A stretch of DNA of 64,000 nt from a virus. Lineage: Duplodnaviria; Heunggongvirae; Uroviricota; Caudoviricetes. A program made the translations under genes and the position numbers. Below the pieces are notes generated by a model, which saw nothing but the letters and a program-made list of their open reading frames with translations, had not been told where the DNA came from and searched no databases. The stretch is taken from IMG/VR virus record IMGVR_UViG_2537561875_000003. The stretch is one strand, 5' to 3'. Below, in pieces: positions 56,493-64,000 of the stretch (position 1 is the first letter of the stretch; the number at the start of each line of letters is the position of its first letter).

Positions 56493-56726
56493 TCACACCT
56501 CTGCAATTCGTGGCATCCCATCAAGCTCGCTTGGATACAAGTCAGGGCGAACCTGATGAGGGGTAATGGCCCAGCCGACAAATTCGCAAAGTTTCAATAC
56601 AAAGCGAGCAGGGATTACAGACTTAGCAAACCACTGATTCACTGCCTGGGGAGTTACTCCCAAGCCTTGAGCAATCGCTCTTTGGGAAGTAATGGCACAC
56701 AATTTCACCCGAATCTCTTCGTTCAT
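56493..56726 (-). CDS. cro: Cro-like repressor (YdaS/Cro HTH)
   Basis: HTH (RAIAQGLGVTPQAVNQW); divergent from cI. Confidence 0.55.
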   Translation of the reverse strand: MNEEIRVKLCAITSQRAIAQGLGVTPQAVNQWFAKSVIPARFVLKLCEFVGWAITPHQVRPDLYPSELDGMPRIAEV

Positions 56727-56745
56727 AAATCACCATCAAGTTAAA

Positions 56746-56831
56746 CTTTATTTGAATGAGTCTATATCAAGATTTAATTAACATGCAAGAAGTAAAACCA
56801 TGCGTTAAACTTGAGATCAAGCATTGCTTTA
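56746..56831. promoter_or_regulatory. OR-type operators of prophage B (variants of TCAAGTTTAACTTGA)
   Basis: tcaagttaaacttta and gttaaacttgagatcaag lie between cro and cI. Confidence 0.45.
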
Positions 56832-56866
56832 GATAATGGCTTTAATGAAACTTTTGGAGAGATACA

Positions 56867-57541
56867 GTGGCCATGGCAAACATGATTCAAGAACTTCTGA
56901 AGGAAAAAGGGTGGAGTAAAGCCGAGCTGGCTCGTCAGTTAGGGGTTAGCACGCAGACGGTTGTCTACTGGACGAAGGGAGACACTGTCCCAAGGGGTAA
57001 GAGATTAGCCCAGCTTTCTGAAATCAGTGGATACCCACAATCCTGGTTTCTGGGTGAGGGACAACCCGCCACCTTCCCTGCGTCCGCTCAAAAAGGAGAT
57101 ACTGATAGCGTTAAATTCAAAGTATTAGATATTGAATTCAGTTGTGGTGATGGAGTTAGCGTGAAAAGTGACTTCATTGATGTGGTCCGCTCCATAGAGT
57201 TAGACCCCGAGTACGCCCGTCAAGTTGTAGGCAACAGACCCTTCAAGAACATTGAGATTGGCAATGCCAGGGGTGATAGCATGTCGCCAACAATAGCACC
57301 GGGTGATTTATTATTTCTAGATAAAACAATAACATACTTCGATGGTGACGGGATTTATGCTTTTTGTTTTGAAGGTGAATGTTATGTAAAGAGGCTGCAA
57401 AAAATAGGCAGCAAAATTGTAGTATTATCTGACAACTCGAATTACCAATCTTGGAGCATCGAGAAGGATGCCTTGGATATGCTCTACATCCAGTCAAAAG
57501 TTATCTCATCAGTTCCTTTCAACATTAACAGATTCGGTTAA
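56867..57541 (+). CDS. cI: CI repressor (HTH plus S24 peptidase)
   Basis: XRE HTH (WSKAELARQLGVSTQTVVYW) and S24 motifs (GDSMSPTI). Confidence 0.8.
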   Translation: MAMANMIQELLKEKGWSKAELARQLGVSTQTVVYWTKGDTVPRGKRLAQLSEISGYPQSWFLGEGQPATFPASAQKGDTDSVKFKVLDIEFSCGDGVSVKSDFIDVVRSIELDPEYARQVVGNRPFKNIEIGNARGDSMSPTIAPGDLLFLDKTITYFDGDGIYAFCFEGECYVKRLQKIGSKIVVLSDNSNYQSWSIEKDALDMLYIQSKVISSVPFNINRFG

Positions 57542-57552
57542 TTATTGATAGA

Positions 57553-57583
57553 CAACGGGCTTTTGCCCGTTCCTCCCTTTTAA
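57553..57583 (+). terminator. Terminator after cI (aacgggcttttgcccgtt)
   Basis: Hairpin followed by a T-rich stretch. Confidence 0.4.
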
Positions 57584-57606
57584 ATCTACCTATACCAAAA
57601 AAACAA

Positions 57607-57668
57607 TCAAGTTTAACTTGACTGCATAAAATCATAAAGCTAACCTCTCACTATCAAGTTTAACTTGA
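57607..57668. promoter_or_regulatory. OL-type operators of prophage B: two perfect 15-bp palindromes TCAAGTTTAACTTGA (57607-57621 and 57654-57668)
   Basis: Perfect palindromes spaced 47 bp apart, upstream of the first pL-side gene. Confidence 0.55.
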
Positions 57669-57703
57669 TTTAGTAAGCGCTCAATACTTGTGTGAGGTGA
57701 ACA

Positions 57704-58117
57704 ATGAAAACTCCAATCCAAATGCTTGAAGTGTTTGTATCAGACATAATAGAAAACACTGTTCTTCTGGAGGAGATCTATAAAAAAAGTAACGAGAATT
57801 ACGAAACAGATTGTTCTATAAACAGCCTAATTCGTTCAATGCAAAAGACCGTAGATAACATGAACGGATATATTAAGAGTCATATTAATTCAGTCAAACC
57901 CTGCATACCTGTAGCGGCCAGAAACGATCTGGCTGATGATATATTCGATGTGATTCTTACTGCTAAAAAACTTGAAGCACTCGCACAAACTTATAGTGAG
58001 TCTTTTTTTACTGACGAGGACAATGACAACCCCGCGTGCCATATGTCAGCTGTGATATTTGACTATGCTCGTGAACTTTGCACTGATCTTAAGGCTATCG
58101 AGAATAAAATAGGCTAA
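57704..58117 (+). CDS. AT-rich acidic hypothetical protein (first gene after OL)
   Basis: 137 aa; clearly AT-rich relative to its surroundings. Confidence 0.4.
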   Translation: MKTPIQMLEVFVSDIIENTVLLEEIYKKSNENYETDCSINSLIRSMQKTVDNMNGYIKSHINSVKPCIPVAARNDLADDIFDVILTAKKLEALAQTYSESFFTDEDNDNPACHMSAVIFDYARELCTDLKAIENKIG

Positions 58118-58299
58118 TTACGAAACCAGTTTAGAACGGCCTTGGGGTGCCGGGGGTTCTTGCCCCCTAAATATTGCGAGGTATTTGTTATGAGTTTCAT
58201 TATTGACCGCAACGCATATAAAACCGCCCTGCTTTATGCAGCTAACGGGCACGAAATAATAGCAGGCCTTTATCTGCGTAAAGCCTACGGGAGGTAATT

Positions 58300-58524
58300 A
58301 TGGGTATGCAGCGCCGCCAAGATATTCAGTGCGTCACCATTAAGGCTGAGCAACTTAACTTCCTTATGCAGACAATTTTCACACATCATAAGGACTTTGA
58401 CTGCCATCAACTTGATGGGGTTTTAGGTCTTGCATATGACCTTGCTGGCGAGGTCTATTCATGGATGGAAAAAGAGGAAAAGATTGTACAGCAAAATGAA
58501 GAACACAAAAGAAGGGGTAATTAG
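58300..58524 (+). CDS. Hypothetical protein
   Basis: 74 aa. Confidence 0.3.
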   Translation: MGMQRRQDIQCVTIKAEQLNFLMQTIFTHHKDFDCHQLDGVLGLAYDLAGEVYSWMEKEEKIVQQNEEHKRRGN

Positions 58525-58890
58525 ATGAGTAACTTAATTACTACCTATCGCCGCCGAATTTTAAAAGCAGCCTTGTTACGCCACCAGCGAAAGACTGGGA
58601 GTAGCTTACTTGTCATTAAGCTTAACAAGGGTGGGATTAGTACTATCGAATTAACTGAGATTCTTCTTGATGGATTGTTGCGGAAATTCGAGCGACTGGC
58701 GCTCGGTGAATACGGAAATGTGGAAGGTGTGAAAGTTCTTAAGGGAATTTACAGCAACTCTGTTGATGTTAATGGCAGCGGCGAATTCCTCACAGAAAGC
58801 GGGAAAGAGTTAATCGACGAGCTTATTTCTGAACTGGTGGAGTTCGTCAAAAAGCAGAAACCAGTTACTGCGGAGTCCGGCAATGAATAA
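58525..58890 (+). CDS. Hypothetical protein
   Basis: 121 aa. Confidence 0.35.
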   Translation: MSNLITTYRRRILKAALLRHQRKTGSSLLVIKLNKGGISTIELTEILLDGLLRKFERLALGEYGNVEGVKVLKGIYSNSVDVNGSGEFLTESGKELIDELISELVEFVKKQKPVTAESGNE

Positions 58891-59137
58891 CCAGCAAACA
58901 ATGCTCTATCAGGGTGTGCTGATCCCCCGCCCCGTGTTGAACGTGGATCTGCATGTCCTCCCTGATTTTACCGGGCGGGTAGTCGTGCACATCGAGAACG
59001 GGAGGGTGATATGCGACCGCCAGCTGTTCGACGACGAGCACATTTGCACACTGGCCACGTTTATCGAAATGGCGCGAGAAATGGAGCTGAGATTTGAGGA
59101 GGTAGCTGGTGGCACTGACAGCGATACGAATTCCTGA
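58883..59137 (+). CDS. Hypothetical protein
   Basis: 84 aa. Confidence 0.3.
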   Translation: MNNQQTMLYQGVLIPRPVLNVDLHVLPDFTGRVVVHIENGRVICDRQLFDDEHICTLATFIEMAREMELRFEEVAGGTDSDTNS

Positions 59138-59323
59138 GAGGGTTCACCTGCAGGCGCTGCAGGTCCTGCTGCGGTATCGGCGCCGGAGGATATTCCCGCG
59201 GCGAATGCGCCGCACCGGCTACCTCAGCCTGAAGGTTAACCCACGCTGGCGCCTGTTATCGAAAGACGATGGCCGGAACTGGGAAGTTATGAGTCATGAA
59301 ACCTATAACCGGGAGAAAGACAA

Positions 59324-59749
59324 ATGATCGACAACCGCACTGCCAGCGCTATTGATCTGGCATTACAGAAGCACCACACGCCAGTCGGCGACCTGTACGC
59401 CGCTATTCGTCACGGCCGCATGAAGCGTTGCTTTAGCCGGGATACCGCAATTCGTTACCTGGCGTTCTTCATGACCTCCCGAGCTTTTGGGCGTTCTGGT
59501 TTCAAGCAGCGTTATCCGGACGTGCAGGTAATTCATCCACTGAATCCAGAACTGAGTAGCTGGCAACGTGGCGCCGTGACCACTGAGTATTTCAACGCCC
59601 ACCAGCGCACCGTTCGCCGGCTGCGTCGCATCCTCGCCCGCAAAAGAGAAATGCAAAAGTGGTGCAAAAAGTGGGATGCCATGCACGACCGCTACGTGAA
59701 AGAGCGCGAAGAACTACAGGCCTGTAAGCCTGGAGGGCTGAGTCGATGA
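59324..59749 (+). CDS. Hypothetical basic protein
   Basis: 141 aa. Confidence 0.35.
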   Translation: MIDNRTASAIDLALQKHHTPVGDLYAAIRHGRMKRCFSRDTAIRYLAFFMTSRAFGRSGFKQRYPDVQVIHPLNPELSSWQRGAVTTEYFNAHQRTVRRLRRILARKREMQKWCKKWDAMHDRYVKEREELQACKPGGLSR

Positions 59750-59940
59750 TTGCTTACTTACGCGTTGTTCTATCGGTGGTGATTGTCGCCAGCGTTTATG
59801 GGCTGTTCGTTCCGATCCTCATTTCGATGAAGGACACGACAGCAGTTATATCCGGTTTTGCCCTGGCGATTCTGACCCCGCCGTGCATCTACGCCATTTG
59901 TAAGGGTCTTGCACTTACCGTAACGAAGGAAAAGAAATGA
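59746..59940 (+). CDS. Small 2-TM membrane protein coupled to the SPFH gene
   Basis: GGAGGG RBS; 64 aa with two hydrophobic helices; ATGA overlap with the next gene. Confidence 0.45.
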   Translation: MIAYLRVVLSVVIVASVYGLFVPILISMKDTTAVISGFALAILTPPCIYAICKGLALTVTKEKK

Positions 59941-60872
59941 AAAATGCAATTATGGCTTCAATTATCGCACTCTCTGCCATCGGCCTTGTTGGTTGCGATC
60001 GAGTTGAGCCCGGCAACGTGGGTATCAAGGTGAATAAGTTGGGTGACGATAAAGGCGTTGGTGAAGTCGTCGGAGTCGGCCGCTACTGGACCGGCTGGAA
60101 TACCGAGGTTTATATCTTTCCGACCTTCAAGCAGATGAAAACGTATGATGACGCTTTCAACTTCCAGATGAGCGATGGCACCACCATCGGCTACCACATC
60201 GGGGTCGCGTACAAGGTTGATCCGACCAAAGTTACAACTGTTTTTCAGACCTACCGTAAAGGCGTGGACGACATCACCGACACCGATCTGCGGCAGAAAA
60301 TTGCTGACGCCCTTAATCGTCTCGCAAGCCGGATGAGCACCGATAAATTCATTGACGGCGGGAAAGCTGAGCTGCTTGAAAACGCACTGAAAGAGATCCA
60401 GTCCGATATGGGGCCGGTTGGTATCCAGGTGATCAGCCTTTCTTACGTCGGCCGTCCGGAATACCCGCCGACAGTGATCGAAAGCATCAACGCCAAAGTT
60501 ACGGCAAATCAGAAAACGCTGCAGCGTGAACAGGAAGTTAAACAACGTGAAGCTGAAGCCAACATGTTGCGAGCCGAAGCCGATGGACAGGCGGATGCAA
60601 AGCTGAAACTGGCTGAAGCAGAAGCAAAGTCTATCCAGATCCGTGGGCAAGCCATGCGTGAGAATCCTGAAGTACTGCAACTGGAGGCCATCAACAAATG
60701 GAATGGCACCCTGCCCCAGTACATGACCAGCGGAACAAACACCCCGTTTATCCAGGTTAAATGCTCCACCAGCCCGGCGACAAGCCGGGCACATATGAGA
60801 GGTTCGCAATGCTTCAGAATATGCTTAACCCGGAACCAACCTCAACAGGGATCCGGTCTGGAAACCGGGTGA
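59937..60872 (+). CDS. SPFH/band-7 (flotillin/HflK-like) lipoprotein
   Basis: Lipobox LVGC and an SPFH core (GNVGIKVNKLGD...YHIGVAYKV) followed by a coiled-coil Ala/Glu-rich region. Confidence 0.65.
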   Translation: MKNAIMASIIALSAIGLVGCDRVEPGNVGIKVNKLGDDKGVGEVVGVGRYWTGWNTEVYIFPTFKQMKTYDDAFNFQMSDGTTIGYHIGVAYKVDPTKVTTVFQTYRKGVDDITDTDLRQKIADALNRLASRMSTDKFIDGGKAELLENALKEIQSDMGPVGIQVISLSYVGRPEYPPTVIESINAKVTANQKTLQREQEVKQREAEANMLRAEADGQADAKLKLAEAEAKSIQIRGQAMRENPEVLQLEAINKWNGTLPQYMTSGTNTPFIQVKCSTSPATSRAHMRGSQCFRICLTRNQPQQGSGLETG

Positions 60873-61387
60873 TAGGCTACTCCGCTGCTATTCGCCTGCT
60901 GGATAACGGTCGCTATGACAAACACCTCGCCGAAGGAATGGAAATTCTGGCCTGCATCATGGAAGCGGTAGAAAGCTGCTGGATCACGCTTAACATCGAG
61001 AAGCAAATCATCGTCTGGCGCTGGTTGCTTGCCGCAGTATTCATTACTGAGGAACTGGAGAAAAACGGAACTGTCGACGTTCCGAATGATACTGGCGGTG
61101 TTGATACTGCTGTTATCTATTCCAGCAAGCATGGCGCCATTAGCGTTTACCCAGGGCCGGAACGCTTTGCGCTCGCAAACCACATTGAGGCCGGCGCCAT
61201 TGAGAAGTACGGACCTGATGTTGGCCCGCAGCTGGCGCTGCGGATGTATCAGGACATGGTTGTTGCTGATGAAGAACACGGCTTCAGGTTGTCGGCTATG
61301 GGCCGGGAAGGTTTCAACCTTCTGCATGACGGCTTTATAGAACAAATCCAGACCGAAGGTGTGCCAGAAGCACCGATTATGCATTGA
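60809..61387 (+). CDS. Hypothetical protein
   Basis: About 192 aa. Confidence 0.35.
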   Translation: MLQNMLNPEPTSTGIRSGNRVIGYSAAIRLLDNGRYDKHLAEGMEILACIMEAVESCWITLNIEKQIIVWRWLLAAVFITEELEKNGTVDVPNDTGGVDTAVIYSSKHGAISVYPGPERFALANHIEAGAIEKYGPDVGPQLALRMYQDMVVADEEHGFRLSAMGREGFNLLHDGFIEQIQTEGVPEAPIMH

Positions 61388-62118
61388 GGGGAATGATGAT
61401 GAATAACTTGATCACCAACAAACCATCCATGACCAGCCTTGAGATCGCCGAGCTGGTAGAGAAACGCCACGACAACGTGAAACGTACCATTGTGACACTG
61501 GCTTCAAAGGACGTTATCCGGTCTCCTCAAATTGAGGTTCTCGAAAGAATCAATAACTTAGGATTTGCCGTCAATGATGAGGTTTACAAATTCGCAGGTG
61601 AAGAAGGAAAACGCGACAGCATCATTGTGGTCGCGCAACTTAGCCCCGAGTTTACCGCCAGACTGGTAGATCGCTGGAAGGAACTGGAAGAAGAACGAAC
61701 CCGGCCAAAATCACAGGCAGAGCTTATTGCGGAAATGGCCCTGCTGAATGTTGAGCAGGAGCGCCGCCTGTATCAGGTAGAAGAACAGGTCGAGGCTGTA
61801 GCTGAAACGGTTGAGAACATTAAGCGTGGCAATATGCGGGCCGGGTATGTCGGTTATCGCCAGGTGGTCGCAAAAAGCGGTATGACCGATGCCAAGTGCC
61901 GAAACCTTGTTAACGCATACCGTATTCCGACCGATACACACGAGTTCATGACCCCTGACGGCCTGCTCTCCCGCAGGGCTATTGTGGAACTTGAGCCGTT
62001 CATGAAGGCATTCCGCCAGATGATGGCAGAAGCCGAGCCCCGCGGCACCCGCTGGTACCACCCGAAGATGGGACTATTTCAGGCAATCGGATGGGAGGAA
62101 AAACATTGTGAAGATTGA
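61384..62118 (+). CDS. Rha-family phage regulatory protein
   Basis: N-terminal pRha motif (MTSLEIAELVEKRHDNVKRTI). Confidence 0.6.
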   Translation: MRGMMMNNLITNKPSMTSLEIAELVEKRHDNVKRTIVTLASKDVIRSPQIEVLERINNLGFAVNDEVYKFAGEEGKRDSIIVVAQLSPEFTARLVDRWKELEEERTRPKSQAELIAEMALLNVEQERRLYQVEEQVEAVAETVENIKRGNMRAGYVGYRQVVAKSGMTDAKCRNLVNAYRIPTDTHEFMTPDGLLSRRAIVELEPFMKAFRQMMAEAEPRGTRWYHPKMGLFQAIGWEEKHCED

Positions 62119-62329
62119 GTTTCACGATCAAGGGGCGGTTTCGGCCATCACGGTCACCAGCACCGTATTTGAGTTCCGCCGGCACAATCGGGCGATTGAT
62201 GTCGCACTGTTCCTGACGCCCGAGATGACCAGCCAGAGCAGCGGCTTTTTCATTATGAAGACGATTTTAAGTGGCAAGACACATCACGCGCTGCGTGCCT
62301 ACAAACATCTAATCCGTGAGGCGAAGTGA
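62108..62329 (+). CDS. Hypothetical protein
   Basis: 73 aa. Confidence 0.3.
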   Translation: MKIEFHDQGAVSAITVTSTVFEFRRHNRAIDVALFLTPEMTSQSSGFFIMKTILSGKTHHALRAYKHLIREAK

Positions 62330-62462
62330 TGGACTGGCCAACAGCGTTTTGCACCGTCGGTTGTGCGTTTGCCATTGCCTGGTGCTTAAGGATCTAATCG
62401 ATGAATAGTGAATTTGAATTGTGGCGCCACTGTCGTGGCCTGAAAGTGGTGTGAGGTTGAAA

Positions 62463-62645
62463 ATGGCGACTCGATATATTGGCATTAAAGAAATGTGCAC
62501 GCTGACCGGAAAGAGTAAGCCGACCTTGTGGAGGATGTACGCGAAGAGGAAGGAATTTCCGGCACCAGAGAGAACGCCCAGCGGAATTTTTCTCGGATGG
62601 CCCGAAACGGTTTACGAAGCCTGGGTAAACAAAGCAAAAACCTAA
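62463..62645 (+). CDS. AlpA-family excisionase-like regulator
   Basis: YIGIKEMCTLTGKSKPTLWRM...FPAP...LGW matches the AlpA family. GAGG RBS. Confidence 0.65.
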   Translation: MATRYIGIKEMCTLTGKSKPTLWRMYAKRKEFPAPERTPSGIFLGWPETVYEAWVNKAKT

Positions 62646-62713
62646 TACTTGACCCGTTACCTGACCTGCTCATGTAGCGGGTTTTCTTATTATAATAGTT
62701 AACTTATTGATTA

Positions 62714-62763
62714 TTAATGGTACGCCCTACAGGGTTCGAACCTGTGACCTACGGCTTAGAAGG
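62714..62763. repeat. att core copy (attR-like) inside the 3' end of the intact tRNA-Arg
   Basis: Identical to 24281-24330. Confidence 0.85.
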
Positions 62764-62794
62764 CCGTTGCTCTATCCAGCTGAGCTAAGGGCGC
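62718..62794 (-). tRNA. argU: tRNA-Arg (anticodon UCU), argU-like chromosomal integration target
   Basis: 77-nt cloverleaf: GCGCCCT acceptor, D-loop AGCTGGATAGAGC, anticodon stem-loop ACGGC-CUUCUAA-GCCGU, T-arm ACAGGTTCGAACCCTGT, ACCA end. Close to E. coli argU. Confidence 0.9.
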
Positions 62795-63133
62795 CCTGAG
62801 AAGCGAGTGCTTCGCGGAGTGAAACGCGTGGAATTATACGGTCCACGTCGGTCGAGTCAATCCATTTTGCCAGGAAACTGCGGAGCTTATACGACGCTGG
62901 CGAAATATCCCCCACCAACTGTACAAGAAGCATACCGCCGGGGCTAATGCGCGCGTAAATCGACTCAGTGGCCAGGCGCAACGCACCTATAACCATGTAA
63001 TAACCATGGTCATAACAGGCTAAATTAGCCTCAGACAGGATAAAACAGCAAACGAGGACTGACAGCGAGGCCCGCTTCTGACAAAATATCCTCATCCCCC
63101 TTTCGTAAAGATACAGATGGAATCCTCTCTCTG

Positions 63134-64000
63134 ATGGCAGCAAAAATTATTGACGGTAAAACGATTGCGCAGCAGGTACGCTCTGAGGTTGCGGAAAAAG
63201 TGAAGGCTCGCGTTGCGGCCGGAAAACGCGCCCCTGGGCTGGCCGTCGTGCTGGTCGGCAGCAACCCGGCCTCGCAGATTTATGTCGGCAGCAAGCGCAA
63301 AGCATGTGAAGAAGTGGGCTTCGTCTCCCGCTCTTACGATCTCCCGGAAACCACCAGCGAAGCCGAGCTGCTGGAGCTTATCGACACTCTGAATGCCGAT
63401 AAGACCATCGACGGTATTCTGGTTCAGCTGCCCCTGCCGGCAGGGATCGATAACGTCAAAGTTCTCGAGCGCATCGCGCCGGATAAAGACGTCGACGGCT
63501 TCCATCCTTACAACGTTGGCCGCCTGTGCCAGCGCGCGCCGCGCCTGCGTCCGTGCACTCCGCGCGGTATCGTGACCTTGCTGGAACGCTACAATATCGA
63601 CACCTACGGCCTCAATGCGGTGGTCATTGGCGCTTCCAATATCGTCGGTCGCCCGATGAGCATGGAGCTGCTGCTGGCCGGCTGCACCACCACCGTCACC
63701 CACCGCTTTACAAAAAACCTGCGCCATCATGTCGAAAACGCCGACCTGCTGATCGTCGCGGTGGGCAAACCGGGCTTTATTCCTGGCGAGTGGATTAAAG
63801 AAGGGGCGATTGTGGTCGATGTCGGCATCAACCGTCTGGAAAGCGGCAAAGTGGTCGGCGACGTGGTGTATGAAGATGCCGCCGAACGCGCGTCCTACAT
63901 CACCCCGGTTCCCGGCGGCGTTGGCCCGATGACCGTCGCCACCCTGATCCAGAACACGCTGCAGGCGTGCGAAGAGTATCACGACGTTGAGGAGGCCTGA
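63134..64000 (+). CDS. folD: Bifunctional methylenetetrahydrofolate dehydrogenase/cyclohydrolase FolD (complete, 288 aa)
   Basis: Near-identical to enterobacterial FolD along its full length ([19 protein letters not shown]...[15 protein letters not shown]). Confidence 0.9.
   Translation: MAAKIIDGKTIAQQVRSEVAEKVKARVAAGKRAPGLAVVLVGSNPASQIYVGSKRKACEEVGFVSRSYDLPETTSEAELLELIDTLNADKTIDGILVQLPLPAGIDNVKVLERIAPDKDVDGFHPYNVGRLCQRAPRLRPCTPRGIVTLLERYNIDTYGLNAVVIGASNIVGRPMSMELLLAGCTTTVTHRFTKNLRHHVENADLLIVAVGKPGFIPGEWIKEGAIVVDVGINRLESGKVVGDVVYEDAAERASYITPVPGGVGPMTVATLIQNTLQACEEYHDVEEA

Larger units (their letters stand above)
24331..62713. mobile_element. Prophage B: HK97-like siphovirus-type prophage with a P4-type integrase, between the two att repeats
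   Basis: Bounded by identical 50-bp tRNA-derived direct repeats. Complete set of phage modules in between. Confidence 0.8.

Noticed and set aside
59958-60809. 283-aa minus-strand ORF
   Set aside because: Antisense to the SPFH gene.
62772-63143. 123-aa minus-strand ORF between tRNA-Arg and folD
   Set aside because: It overlaps the tRNA gene, has no convincing RBS, and gives a low-complexity translation. More likely this is the folD promoter/leader region. Not called.
63092-63982. 296-aa minus-strand ORF
   Set aside because: Antisense to folD, which is near-identical to known FolD.

Overview
This window reads as an enterobacterial chromosome segment (about 55% GC, with a complete folD at the right edge) carrying two different lambdoid prophages in tandem. 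Both sit at the 3' end of the tRNA-Arg(UCU) gene (argU-like, 62718-62794, minus strand). An identical 50-bp copy of the tRNA 3' end at 24281-24330 separates the two elements, which is how I split them.

Prophage A (1-24330; its left part lies outside the window) is DLP12/lambda-like. Reading right to left on the minus strand it carries cro, CII, a ParB-like nuclease, lambda-type O (with ori iterons) and P, nin-region genes including RusA, antiterminator Q, phage tRNA-Arg(UCU) and tRNA-Met(CAU), holin, SAR endolysin, Rz/Rz1, terminase small and large subunits, and the start of a portal gene. On the plus strand its pL-side operon runs cI, an HNH-AP2 endonuclease, Erf, Dam methylase, an ASCH-like protein, a TraR-type zinc finger, xis and an IntD-type integrase ending at the att copy.

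Prophage B (24331-62713, about 38.4 kb) has a P4-type integrase at its left end and an AlpA/excisionase-like gene at its right end next to the intact tRNA. Its HK97-like late operon on the minus strand runs cro, SF2 helicase, zinc-ribbon/toprim primase, a Cys-rich Q-position protein, holin, GH108 endolysin, spanins, HNH, terS, terL, portal, ClpP-like protease, major capsid, connector genes, major tail, G/GT chaperones, tape measure, M/L/K-like proteins, an I-J host-specificity fusion, and an SGNH-esterase tail fibre. Its cI on the plus strand is flanked by palindromic operators.

The observations I would look at first: (1) a low-GC membrane-protein moron with its own terminator inserted between the tail chaperone and tape-measure genes, at the same position as the HK97 gp15 superinfection-exclusion moron; (2) a small 2-TM protein coupled to an SPFH/band-7 lipoprotein in the early-left operon; (3) a three-gene small-protein island and a two-gene coupled operon at module junctions; (4) orphan plus-strand terminators suggesting small RNAs; (5) a thrice-repeated intergenic hairpin element; (6) a G-quadruplex-prone tract; (7) (PEQ)n and iteron repeats; (8) phage-borne tRNA-Arg(UCU) matching the integration target. 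Product calls rest on motif and synteny recognition from the translations. No database search was possible.
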